From contig JASVEC010000010.1 in NCBI GenBank assembly GCA_030770535.1, positions 372,001 to 436,000 of the forward strand: 64,000 nt of DNA, written 5' to 3'. The stretch comes from Batkoa obscura. Lineage: Eukaryota. The notes beneath the pieces were generated by a model. The model searched no databases. It had not been told where the DNA came from and saw only the letters and a list, made by a program, of their open reading frames with translations. A program made the position numbers and the translations under genes. Shown here piece by piece: positions 51,573 through 64,000 of the stretch (within the stretch, counting starts at the first letter, position 1; each line of letters starts with the position of its first letter).

Positions 51573-51878
51573 TTATACGTAAAATTTCATTGCTTTTTGG
51601 TTAAGTGAATCTGTTCTAGCATTAGCAGGTGTCAATGAAAGTCTTAAAGTCGGTATAACCCTTTTTAGAGGAATAGATTTGGACCTAGTTTTATTCGGCA
51701 CAGGGATTGAAAATCCTATCATTAGCATGTCATCAAAGTCTATCCTTCTTATTTCTTCGATATATTCTAAAGGTAAGACAGATTCTACTATTATATTATC
51801 AGAAGCAGATTTACGACCAATTGAATGTTGTGAAGAAACCGGAGAATAGTTTTTAAATGTATTATTACAAATCTTCAT
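51573..51878 (-). CDS. Small hypothetical protein (101 aa)
   Basis: ATG-started intronless ORF, higher GC than its flanks, TATAAATA about 75 bp upstream; no family recognised. Confidence 0.5.
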   Translation of the reverse strand: MKICNNTFKNYSPVSSQHSIGRKSASDNIIVESVLPLEYIEEIRRIDFDDMLMIGFSIPVPNKTRSKSIPLKRVIPTLRLSLTPANARTDSLNQKAMKFYV

Positions 51879-52421
51879 TTTTTTTTAAAATTTATATATC
51901 AATATTTATAGTTATCAGTATTGTCTTTTTATTTTGTGGAAGAATTTACAGTATTTATAGCTTATTTTAACAAAATGATGATAATACTTTGGTTTCCGAG
52001 CTTTATAATTATATCATTTAAGACAGGGAACTGATTTAAGCCTAATAGCAAAATAGGGCTTAGCCTAGATTAAAAAGATCAATATTAACAAACAAACTTT
52101 GAAAATACTATAATTAATCTTGTATCTTATTTTTCTATAGTAATTTGCGAGAAAAAGAGTATAGTTTTGTATTTATTAAGCCATTGTAATCACAAGGTCC
52201 TAACTTACCTGTAAGCTTATTTTAGTTAATCAATTATTTAAAGGAAAGCAGCCTATTTTTAAAAAATTGGAGGATTTTATTCCCAAATTGAGATTATGAG
52301 CTTGCAATTTTAGTGGAACACATAATTTATGAGATTTTTTGGTTCCAAGTCCTTTTGTTGATTAGATGTATTTAGTAATATGAACAGTTGGATCAAAACA
52401 TTAAAAACATACAAAATATAT

Positions 52422-52628
52422 GGGAACGTATTTTTTTGTCTAAAAATTTTACTAACAATTTTTTTACTTAAATAGCACTTAAAAAATGGAAAAGTAATGA
52501 AATAAAAAACATCCTCATATATAAAATACATATTGGGCTGTTTTTTAGTTTCGTTATTTTTCCATTTTTTAAGCACTATTTGAGTGGAAAGATTGTAGTA
52601 AAATTCTTGGACAAAAAAACATATCCCC
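52422..52628. mobile_element. Two ~97-bp MITEs in inverted orientation (52422-52516; 52534-52628)
   Basis: Family core in both; ATAT duplications. Confidence 0.87.
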
Positions 52629-53120
52629 ATATAGTCAATCATAGAAGTTAAATCATTGACTTTAAAACTATAATCGCCCCCCACTTAAACTCTGTATTTT
52701 AAAAAATACATATTTACACTAGGTTAGTAAATGTCTTCAAAATCTAAATACCTTCTGGCTAAATTTAAATATACACTTTATGTAATAAGTGATATGTTTT
52801 TGGCTTTAAACTAGTATAATTGATAATAAGAAGGATATGAATGATATTTTAAATAATGAATATTTTGTATGATTTTGAAGTTATATCGTTTTTACTTTAA
52901 ACAGACAGTAAATAAAATTATTAAATAAGTAAAGTTAATAAAATTTAATTCTGTGACTTAAAATGAATTTGTTGATCACGGAATACTAATAAATTACAAT
53001 TAAAAAATAACTAATAGACTATAATTAAAATCAAGTTCATTTACTCAAAGGTCAATAGGACCCACTTAAGTATTAAATTTTTAATAAACATGTACTTTTA
53101 ATATCTTATATAATTTAAAT

Positions 53121-53217
53121 GAGGGTGTTTTTTTGGTTTCATTACTTTTTTCATCTTTTAAACGCTAGTAAAGTGGAAAAGCTATCAGTAAAGCTCGAAA
53201 ACAAAAAATACATCCCC
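53121..53217. mobile_element. ~97-bp MITE copy
   Basis: GAGGGTG...CATCCCC, AAAT/AAAT duplication. Confidence 0.87.
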
Positions 53218-53398
53218 AAATAAACAATATGTGGCAAAACGTGATATTAAAGCAGAGACAAAGTATTTATTATCGAAAATTTTAATTTAATAAGCAAACA
53301 TGTCTAAAATTTATTTTTTAGCTGATAGGTATTTTACATGTATCTCAAAATATAAGGCTCTACTTAATAGCTCAATAGCGTAAACATTTTTACAATAT

Positions 53399-53624
53399 GA
53401 GAGTGTCTTTTTTGACTTCATTATTTTTTCTATTTTTTAAGCGCCATTTAAGTGGAAAATTTGTTGGTAAAATTCTTAAACACAAAAATACATCCCCATA
53501 TGCATAAAATCTAAGGCAAGAAATGGGAATGCATTTTTTTTTGTTTAAGAATTTTGCTAATAAATTTTCCATTCAAATAGCACTCAAAAAATGGAAAAAG
53601 TAATGAAACCAAAAAAACATCCTC
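53399..53624. mobile_element. Two ~97-bp MITEs in inverted orientation (53399-53497; 53525-53624)
   Basis: ATAT/ATAT and AAAT/AAAT duplications; GAG/GGG and CCC/CTC ends. Confidence 0.88.
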
Positions 53625-54317
53625 AAATATTGAATACAACTGTTGAAGCCTCTATAACCATTTTAACCATTGATTTAAAAGAAACACTGAATTCAGCTAA
53701 AATTTAAAAATATACCATAAAAAAATCGATTGCTTTGATGACTTGACTAAAAACTATCATTAAAAAACTTGTAAAAGAGCTGAGACAATTGTATATTATT
53801 ACATCTACAAGACAGAGTTGCGGGTTTTTTTTTGATAATTAGCAATTTTTATAAATTCATTACCAGTTTTCGGTAAATCAAAATTTTCCTAGAATATAAA
53901 CCTGGCAAACAATTTTTAAAAAAGAGCAATCAATTTATGAAAATTCCGCAATTATCAAAGTAAAGGATAGCTTTAAGTTGAAATTGTTGTATAAACTATA
54001 AATTTTTAAGGAGTATGAAGTATGTATTTCATTGGTGCTTATAAAGCAATGACATGTAAATTAGTAAAAATGAACAAACTACGATCTAAACCTTACATTA
54101 GATTGGGCAAAAGTTAAAAGAGATGAGTTAAATTTAGTCATCCATTTGCAGAATAAATTATAATAATTTGATAACAAAGTCTAAAAATGGTGATTTTGCC
54201 CAATATGATAGTTTACGGTGACGAAATATAAAACAAGCTTATGACACTATATAAGACATTTGATTGTTCACATCATTTAATTTTTTAAACATTTATTTCC
54301 ACTTTTAAATATATAAA

Positions 54318-57102
54318 ATGGTACTTCCTTTAATTACCTTAGAGCAATTCTTTTCTTTATATAGCTCAAATGAAGACAAACTATTGTCAGCAATCAAATA
54401 CCTGCCTAGCATATTAGTTGACTTGAGCGGTCAGGAGGAGGAAGGTTTTAATCAAGTAATCCAGCATATCAAAGAGCTTAGTGAACCATTTAACTTTAGT
54501 ATTTTACTAGATGTACGTCATAGTGATTTGGCTTTTAATTTTTTGGATATTGGAATCAAGCAAGTGATAATGTGGTGTAAAGAAAGCCATGATCTGAAAG
54601 ATTTGCTAACAATCGCGCCCTCATTTCCAAAAGAAAGATTTGGTTGTCTACTTGATTACAAAACGCTAAAAGAAGATTTTTTAGCAAATTTGCCTATCAT
54701 ATTGCCCCATTTTAGTACCATTGGGTTTCATTCAAACAACGTTGAATTAAACTCAAATACTTTAATATTGCAATTATCTCAAAGTCAAAGTAAACAATAT
54801 AACGGTCAATGGCTAGTTCAAAACTTGTGTTTTCCCGAAAAAAGTATGTTAAGTCAGCTTAAAAACAATAACATAGATGCGATTATCCCAGCTCATCAAC
54901 TTACTTTGGATGAGATTACTGAAGAGCCAGGAAAAGATGAAAAACTCAACCTAGCAGAAGCAATATTGGCACCAGTTAAATCAGATAGAGAAGATCAATT
55001 AATTTCTACTTGTGTAGTTGATCAACTAGGGACTTGTTTAGGTTTGGTATATTCAAATTATTCTTCAGTTTTGGAGTCTTTAAAGACAGGCCAGGGTGTT
55101 TATTTTTCTCGTAAAAGAGGGTTATGGCATAAAGGGATTACTTCAGGTTCCCATCAGCATTTATTGAAAATAGAGATGGATTGCGACTTTGATACATTAA
55201 AATTTACTGTCATCCAACATGGTTCAGGTATTTATCATCATCATATTAATATAGATAATTACAAATTATAAATATTTAGGTTTTTGCCATCTCGAAACCC
55301 TTACATGTTTTGGAAAAGGAAATGGTTTAGTTGAATTAGAAAGAACAATCCAAAGTCGTAAAAATTCGGCTCCAGAAGGATCATACACTCATAGATTGTT
55401 CACGGATCCATCGCTGTTAAATTCCAAGATCATGGAGGAGGCTGAAGAATTATGCCAGGCAGAAAATAAAAATGATGTAACTTTCGAAGCGGCAGATTTA
55501 ATGTATTTTTTAATGGTAAAATGTGCGATGGTTGGAAGCAGATTAGGAGAAGTGTTAAATAATTTACAAAAGAAATCATTGAAAGTGCAAAGACGTGCTG
55601 GAGATGCTAAGCCTAAATGGTTACCAAAAATTGATAATAAGAATTTAGATCTTAATCAAATGAAAGCCAAGTTACCTACACCCGATATATTTAAAGTTAA
55701 AGAACCCACCTGGCCTCTACCTTATCAATTAACCACTTATAATCACGATGAAATATCAGAAAATGAAAGACAATCTCTTTTGAAGAGACCAATTTTAAAC
55801 AATAAAGAGATATTCAATAGAGTGGATCCAATCCTTCAAGAAGTAAGACAAAAAGGGGATAGCGCTATATTGGAATTTACCGCCAAGTTTGACCAAGTAG
55901 AGTTAGAAGAAACATGTATGGTTGCTCCTTTCCCATCCAAATTCATGAAATTAAGTCCAGAAACTAAGCAAGCAATTGATAAGGCTTATGAAAATATATT
56001 AAAGTTTCATTTGGCACAAAAAGAAAAAGATACGATTCTAGAGGTTGAGACTAGTAATGGGGTTATTTGTACTAGATTTTCTAGGGCTATTGAAAGAGTA
56101 GGCTTATATGTTCCTGGGGGTACTGCAGTTTTACCATCTACAGCTTTGATGTTAGGTATTCCAGCTAAAGTAGCTGGGTGTAGTGAAATTATTTTTGCAA
56201 CTCCTCCTAGAAAAGATGGTACAATTGCACCAGAAGTGGTCTATGTAGCTGAAAAAGTAGGAGCAACTCACATTTTGAAAGCTGGTGGAGCACAAGCAGT
56301 AGCTGCTTTAGCTTATGGCACAAATACTGTACCAAAGGTAGATAAAATATGTGGACCCGGCAACCAATATGTTACTTGCGCTAAAATGATTGTACAGAAT
56401 GACCCAAGTAACTTAGTAAGTATTGATATGCCAGCTGGGCCTTCAGAAATACTTGTTATTGCAGACGCAACTTCAAACCCAAAGTTTGTTGCTTCTGATT
56501 TATTATCACAGGCAGAACACGGAGAAGACTCACAATCGGTATTAGTTACAGTTGGTTTGGATGAAGCTAAAATTCAAGATATCCTTAAAGAGGTTGAATC
56601 TCAAGCAAAAGTATTGCCCAGAAAAGATATCATTGAAAAATCTCTAGCACACTCTTTCTTATTAACAACTGAGAACCAAGAACAAGCCATTGCCTTTTCT
56701 AATGATTATGCACCAGAACATTTAATTATTCAGACCGATGAACCTCATCAGTGGATGGATAAAATTGTTAACGCAGGTTCAGTTTTCTTGGGACATTATT
56801 CGCCAGAAAGGTAATTAAATTTATATTTTTATAGTAATATACCATTAACTTGTTGATTTAGCTGTGGAGACTATGCCTCAGGCACAAATCATACATTACC
56901 AACTTATGGTTATGCTCGTATGTATTCTGGTGTTGGCACTAGTACCTTTCAAAAGTACATTACTAGCCAATATCTAAGTAAAGAAGGGATCAGAGATTTG
57001 GGTCCAATAGTAATGCATTTGGCAGAGATCGAAGGTTTAGAAGCTCATTCGAATGCAGTAAGAGTAAGATTGGAAAGCTTACAGCAGAAAACTATGTCCT
57101 AA
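54318..57102 (+). CDS. HIS4: Trifunctional histidine biosynthesis protein (PR-AMP cyclohydrolase / PR-ATP pyrophosphohydrolase / histidinol dehydrogenase), 3 exons
   Basis: [34 protein letters not shown]...[58 protein letters not shown]. Confidence 0.97.
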
Positions 57103-57362
57103 TTTTTTAAATAATGTTTTAAAGCTTATTTTAAAAAGACTACTATCAATAAAATCATATTATATATTATTTTATTTTATTATTAATTAATATGCATTCA
57201 TAAAAATAACAGAATCATTGCAAAATTTAATTTTAAACCAAAAGACTCAAATTTCTAAAGAATTAAGATTACGTTATAATTTATTTTAACTTTCTCATTG
57301 TGATAATCTAAAAAAAAGTCTAAAGGATATTTAATAGCAATTCATAATATAAGAATAGTAAA

Positions 57363-57937
57363 ATGAGTCAAAAAGAAGTTCAGGATATGATAAACAATGG
57401 TAACAGAATAAATAAATGGTTAATGTAATACAAAGTAAATGATGTTTTTATAGATTTAAGCGAACTGTTAAAAGATAGTAATTTAGAACATAATGAATTA
57501 AATATAGAAGGAGTAAATATTCTATTATTAAAACCAAGCTTATTAAATAAAACTCAATTAGTATAATGATTTAAATTCCCTATTAAAAGAGCAATCACAT
57601 AACTCCCAGAATGCCATTGAAGAATTGGAATTAGTAAGTTTAATTAATTAATTTAAATGATTAAGTTAAATATTATAAACAAAATAGATAGAGAACCAAG
57701 ATTTATTTAACGATAATACTCAAGCTTCTTTAAATAAGCTAACTGATCATTTATCTTCAGCATTTAAACAAGTGGATCAACTAGAAGTAATACTAATTTA
57801 TTTATGTTTATAAAAAGATATTTAATTAGCTATAGGATTTGATCAACTTTGTAGATAAAAAAGCTAATGCCTTAGATTCTAGAATTAATGCTTTGGAATT
57901 AGAACAGAATGAATGGTTAAAAAATAATAAATCATGA
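57363..57937 (+). CDS. Small coiled-coil protein, possibly BLOC-1 subunit 4 (CNL1/cappuccino)-like, 5 exons; absent from the ORF track
   Basis: Hand-spliced GT-AG model ending LSSAFKQVDQLEDLINFVDKKANALDSRINALE, like the IDxLExFV motif of BLOC1S4. Confidence 0.55.
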
Positions 57938-60011
57938 AGCCATTGATAAATTCATCACTTTCCTAAGGATTCTTCGTTAATAATTAAGCGTTTGTTTTTT
58001 ATTGAAATATGTAGAGCTTATCTGTTTGTGACAGCTCTTTTGATTTTCCTTCATTCTTTTTATTTTTAAATTGAGTCATTTTATATTTTTATCATTCAAT
58101 ATAAAACAAATATACTATATATATTTCGGAATAGTTGATTACTATTTATATTTGTTTTGTTTCCTTTAACTATTTTATATAAAATAAGTGATATTGCCTT
58201 TCCTTTTCCTTTTCCTTTTCCTTTTAATAATAAAATTGAGTTGCAAACATGAATTAAGATAGTAAAAGTTAGGAAAGTAATTATTTACTTTTATCACCTT
58301 TAAAACAAGTCTCAATTTTACATTTTGATTGAGGCTGACTATCATTGTAATTAAAATTTATACTGTTTCTATTATTGAAATGGATGAAATGGAACCAATT
58401 GAAATTAGTAGAAAGTTGTTATGATAATCAATTTGTTCTATGTGGTATGGGATCAATTAAACTACACCTTCAATTAGGAATTGAATGGAATAATATTCCA
58501 AATAAGAAATTAGACTTATTACTGCAATAGTGTAAATTAAGGAAGGTGGAGTAATAAAATAAATTGTAGATAATAAATTAATGTATAACTATTATTAACA
58601 ATATGACCATTTTTGATTGTGAATTGAATAAAGATTAAATTAGCAATATTTTGAAAATAATACTATTAGACGAAACATAATTAATTTATTTTTCATTAAG
58701 AGAAAAGAACAAAACAAGATTAACTTAAGGCATTGAACTACTATTCAATTAATATTAAAAATATAACACTATTAAACTAATAATAACTTTTATAGTAATT
58801 ATGTTATTTTTAACCTAAACCTCAACAATGACTAAAAGATAGTTTATTTAAATCTTTAATTAACACATTGTGTGCTTTTAATTTAATAGTATTTTTATTC
58901 TTAATTTAAAACGCGTCATTTTGGTATCAAAAAATAGAAAATTAAGTTTACTGTTGTATATTTTATTATGTTCTTATTATAAACAGTATAGTATAGATAC
59001 ACTGATCCTTTAGCTTCTTATTTTTATTAAGATTAAGTTATGCTTTTATGTATTAAATTTGCACAATTTCCATTGAATAATGTAAATTTTAACTCCTTTT
59101 CCTAAAAAATAATACTATAAACTAATATTTAGCTTTTTAAAGACTAGTTAACCATATTTCCATTGTTTATTAACTGAATTAGAGTTAATGAAGTGATGAC
59201 ATAGATTTAATTATATTAAAAATTTAATAATATTGTTTTATCTAAAACAACGAACTTCGATTATTTCTCCGGTTTAGAGTCAAACATTCAGTAATCAAAA
59301 TAAAAGTATGGTTTCCATAACCAATGATGTTAACTTCAAACTATCAAATATCTATTTCATTCGTTAATATAAATAAACGATAGATTAGTGACTTAAATAA
59401 TAAATGCTGCCCCATAACCCCTTAACACTTAGTTTTTTTGTTTTCCAAATTTAAACGTAGTCTTCCTAAATAAAATTTATATTTAGTACATTTAATATAT
59501 CTAATATATTTTATTATCTTTTAAATCTCGTTATTCTTTATCGAGTATTTGATAATATTTCTTGTACAATAAAATAATATATTATACCCATTTTAATGAT
59601 ATAAATAAGCATAAGGCGGAAATACTCTACACCAATTAATTAAGCTAATAACATAATCTAGTTTGTTGGTGCAACTAATGTGTTCTTGAATACAGAATAG
59701 TAATGTATTATGATTCAGCCCCATGATCACTAATTGATATAAAAAAGTTACTTGAAATCTCAATTTAGTAAGATTTTCATATAACTTTTCCGTTATGACA
59801 TAATTTAAAATTTTGGTCCGATAAAAAATCAGAAATGAAAAATCAAGTGGTTGAGTTATGACTGAATTTTATTCAAAAATACACCCTCCTTAAATAACTA
59901 AGCAAATTGAAAATAATAAATACCCTTGATTTTCCTTTCATCAAATTATTTTTTTTTAAAAAAAATCTTTGATTTTTTGCTCTATTATTTTTCACAAATA
60001 CAAATAAAGTT

Positions 60012-60392
60012 ATGTACAATATTACTTCAAATGTTAATGTTACTTTTTTAAATAATAAAGTTCATCCATTCAAGTCACGTATAGCTTTACTACGTAATGA
60101 AGATGTCAAGATTGAACGTGCTTTAATAATAGATGCCCCTTCTGCAAGAAGCTTAAGCGTTGGTAGTGGTTTGGTTTTACCATCTACTAATTCGCCTCTC
60201 TCATGCAAAACTGTGAAGCGTTCTGATCTTCCACCTCATCTTAAGCGTCGCTCATATGAGTTAGAGATTGACTCATCTGATGAAGAAGAACTTCCAGAAA
60301 TGAGAGGTCTTGCTGCAAGGTATAATGAACCAAACCAAAAGTTGCGCAGAATTAGCGGCTTTGGTTTACCTAACTACAATATAAGTTGTTAA
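60012..60392 (+). CDS. Small hypothetical protein, paralogue of 61088..61462
   Basis: Shares PxKSRIAxLRxExVKI and SPLSxKTxKRSDLPxHLKR blocks with its convergent neighbour. Confidence 0.75.
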   Translation: MYNITSNVNVTFLNNKVHPFKSRIALLRNEDVKIERALIIDAPSARSLSVGSGLVLPSTNSPLSCKTVKRSDLPPHLKRRSYELEIDSSDEEELPEMRGLAARYNEPNQKLRRISGFGLPNYNISC

Positions 60393-61087
60393 TCAAAAAC
60401 ACTCCTAACCGAAATAGTTCAAAGAGCTAAATCTTTTCTTATCAGTTTATCTTTTGACTATGCTTTTGCCTTTTGTTGAATAAAAATAATTTATTGTTAA
60501 ATATTATTATATTTTCAATTGTATTTTAACATTAAAGTGTAATACTAACAGTTTATTGACTCAGTAGTAATTTGTTTAGTTTAACTGAAAGAAGTAAAGA
60601 AATATTATTAACGGTGATAAATTATTACCAGTTAATAGTAAATTTTTGCTAATTAAAGCTGCAAAATAAAAGACCATCTTTAAAGATTCTAACGTAATTA
60701 CAAATAACATCATACTGATAATTACTGTATTAATTCTTTCGTATAATAATAGTGTTTATCAATTTATTCCAAATACCATCTTTTTAGTGTTGAATAAATA
60801 ATTTAAAATAGCAATTATAATATAGTAAATAAAAATCTTTTTTATTTTTTAAATAAACATGACCTTTTCCTAGATCAAGACAATATCAAACTTATGAATT
60901 TTGATAAGTGTTATTTTAGCATAAAGACTGAGCTGTGGTATATTTAAATTCGATATTCACAATGAACTAAGAACTTAGCTCTATTAACTATTCCAGTTCA
61001 ACCGAATTTTGATTATTAGGTTCAAAAGTCAACTTCACTGAAGCAAATGTAACATTTTGACTAATAGAAAGTTAAATATTATTAATA

Positions 61088-61462
61088 TTAAATACAAATT
61101 AAATTATACGTTTTAAAAGCCTTGAAGGATCCAATACTTCCTAAATACCCATATGAAGATTTGTCAGCTCCATTCCCTCTTAAACAATCTTCTTGAATTT
61201 CACAACCTTGACGTTTAAGATGAGATGGTAGATCACTTCTTTTCGATGTCTTAAAAGAAAGAGGCGATTGTAATGCGACTGCTGATACATTGATACTTTT
61301 TGATACCATACTTTCAACTAATAAACTTTTATCGATTTTTACAGCTTCGTCACGAAGATGAGCAATACGTGATTTTAATGGACGAGATTGAACAAAAGTG
61401 TTTTGACATAAACATGATGGTTCATTATTACCATTTGACGCGGTTAAAGGGTAGTTGATCAT
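61088..61462 (-). CDS. Small hypothetical protein, paralogue of 60012..60392
   Basis: Same two conserved blocks; intronless. Confidence 0.75.
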   Translation of the reverse strand: MINYPLTASNGNNEPSCLCQNTFVQSRPLKSRIAHLRDEAVKIDKSLLVESMVSKSINVSAVALQSPLSFKTSKRSDLPSHLKRQGCEIQEDCLRGNGADKSSYGYLGSIGSFKAFKTYNLICI

Positions 61463-63532
61463 TTTTAATTTATTTAATCACTAACTTATTTTTCCGCGTT
61501 TAAATGGAAAGTAAATAAATGAATTAAAATTTTTGCTTTAAAAACGGGCATCAAGGGTATTTATTATTTTTAAAGCTAAGTTTAAAAGGTTGGTGTGTAG
61601 AGAATAACTATGACTCATGCTATCCTTGTGATTTCGATTCCTAATAAATTGATTGGATACTCAAATATTACATTTTTCTTATATTTAAATTTATTGGTTG
61701 TTATGTTGCAAAAAGTAACTGATTGGATTAGTTTTGGAACGTTTTATTATTTTGCAAAGTATGAAAGAGACTTTTACCCAATCAAAAGTGCCTTCAACTT
61801 CATGTTACTTAAATTTTATTTCACCTTTACAATTTTTCAAAAATTAAAATTAAATTTTAGATCAGATATTCAGTAATTTAGCGTTATACTTTGAGTACAA
61901 TTTTCAATAACAACAATTAGCTTCTAATTTGAGCAGAGATCAAATTTAAAATCCTAAAATTATACATAGTTTTTATATCATGTTATTTTAAATGGTATAT
62001 ATTAAGTATATTCTTATCAATAACAATAATTTATTACATTTAAATTGGAGATTAATTAAATCAAAACTGTATAGATTTCTTTGTAGCTACTCGTTGAGAT
62101 TTTATTTAATCTAGCCTTTACCATTGGATTTAGTTTGAAAATATACTTAAAAAGTTAAACTCTATTATAGTTTTAGTTCTTGAAAGCCTTCATTATATTA
62201 TTTAATTTAATTGTGTGTTCAGTTCGTATTTTAAATTTAATGCCAATATTTTATTATTTAAAAGATTATTTGAACCTTAAAATACATTCATTGCTGATTT
62301 TTTTTAAAAGTCCTTAAACAGTTGAATCGATATATTGCGACAACATAAAAATACAAAATTGTAATTATACTTTTCTTATCATTATTTTAGAAGATACTAT
62401 TAATCAATCTTTAAATGACAAATTGTATTTTTATTTCATAGTAGAGATATCCAATTACTAATCCTGCTAATGTTTTTAACTAGTAAAAAACAAGGTAAAT
62501 GTTATGTTATCTAACATCCTATAATTTATATAATATGTCAATTTTAATATTAACTTCATAGATAATTGCTATCTATAAAAAGGCGTTTCGTATTTACTGT
62601 TCGTAGTAATTTCTATTTAAATTAAATTAGATTTCCATAATTTCTAATGACATTTGATTAAATGTAAATAAAATAAAATGGTCGTTACAAAGATTAATGT
62701 TTTTGTTTTTAAGTTATATTGAACAACACTACTACCAATCATTTACAAAACAATATAGCCAAATTTTTACATCTATACTTTTCATATGTAATAATTTGTA
62801 TGGTAATAATTTATAATTTAGGCTTGATTTATTGACCTTTTTATTATTCCACGAAATTACGAAGACTTTGAATTTTGATATGAAATAATGACTTTTAATT
62901 TTATAGCGAAATGTAAATAAATTTTAATATACTACTTTATTTATCATTAATGACTATTAGAATTCAATAGTTTTTGAATTTCAAGTTGTAATTGCCGTAT
63001 GATTTGTAAATTTGTGAATCTGTGATAGAATATACCCAAGAATTAGAGGATTAAATCCAAGTTTTAGTAAAAATGATCTTAAAAATAGTCACAGTATCTT
63101 TTATGCAGATTTGACTTTTTATCCCCACTCTAAGTTCTGCAAAAAAGAACGCAATAATATTTTATTGGCTAGTGTAAGCATTATTATAAATCTAAAGAAG
63201 TCACTTAGGAAAATTAGAATACAAATCATTGTTTATACGGTTGTAAATATAAATTTATCATTAGCAAGTATATCAAAGTGATATACAACGCACTAATCAT
63301 AGTTAATTTACTTTTCATATTTTTACACGTTTACAAAGGGCCACTTTATAATACTCACTTTGGACGGAAATAAGGTTAGTTTTTTATAAACATATTTTTA
63401 CCCTAAATGACCAAATATAATCCTTAATTTATCGAAGCTTATATCATAAATGTAACTCTTTTCTTTTAGATTTCCATAAAATTATAACTAAGAGAATAAT
63501 TTAAAACATTCAGGTTATATCAAATTAAAAAA

Positions 63533-64000
63533 ATGTTTTGGAGATTTGCATTTCAAGCCAACGCTGTTAGTTTCGAAACACTTTTAGATAAATTAGATCA
63601 AGCTGAGGAAGACACGAGGGTTTCATCTGATGACCAATCTACTGACTCTGAATCTATATCTCATGCTTGGGATAATGAATTGGAAGCCGTACTTAAAGAC
63701 GCTGAGCTTTTACAGGAATTGAAAAAAGGAAATGACCGATTGCTTCACTGGTAAATATTATATATAAAAAACCTTATTCTATTATTCAATTTCGATGATT
63801 AACTAATATAATTTAGGCTAAGTAAACCCGAAGTAATTGCTAAACTTTTTAATTGGGTTTTTGAAAATGGAATTGCTCCAGGGAATAAACAAGCTCAAAA
63901 GCAAGGAAGCTCAGCTGAGGAAGGAATCAATAAGAAAGAAGAAACAAATGATTCTAATGAAGATGACTCAAAAAAAGAAACAAGTAGCTCATCTAATATC
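63533..64000 (+). CDS. SIT4/PP6-associated protein (SAPS family), 5' part; runs off the window
   Basis: MFWRF...ETLLDK and LE.VL.D.ELLQELK.GNDRL...L.KPEVI N-terminus typical of SAP155/185/190; intron after 63751. Confidence 0.82.

Noticed and set aside
5856..57102. GCN2 and HIS4 as a functional gene cluster
   Set aside because: They are more than 40 kb apart with many unrelated genes between; the linkage is probably chance

Overview
Very AT-rich, intron-dense eukaryotic DNA. The gene content (trifunctional HIS4, GCN2, centrin, SAP-family PP6 regulator) and roughly 40-60 nt introns point to a fungus, most plausibly an early-diverging one such as an Entomophthorales-like species (inference, not verified). 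Compact blocks of conserved genes (ceramide glucosyltransferase, CWF19-like, Abitram/FAM206A, GCN2; PTM1-like, SAD1/USP39, centrin, IWS1, MER3/HFM1, RPS17, MED6; HIS4, BLOC-1 subunit-like, SAPS) alternate with gene-sparse accessory blocks. The accessory blocks hold: (i) a three-tier DNA transposon system with about 26 copies of a ~97-bp MITE (GGG/GAG...CCC/CTC ends, 4-bp mostly AWWT duplications), two near-identical 618-bp MITEs carrying the small one nested inside, and a decayed Sola2-like DDD transposase sharing sequence with the 618-bp element; (ii) a five-copy tandem family of two-TM proteins with C-terminal PPxY motifs; (iii) a four-gene family of intronless secreted helical proteins, with a 328-bp identical 5' tract in one pair; (iv) an intronless CAP protein resembling bacterial CAP proteins; and (v) a convergent pair of small paralogues sharing a 21-bp upstream motif. 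One tRNA-Phe(GAA) is present. All homology calls come from motif recognition by eye; no searches were run, and exon boundaries are approximate.
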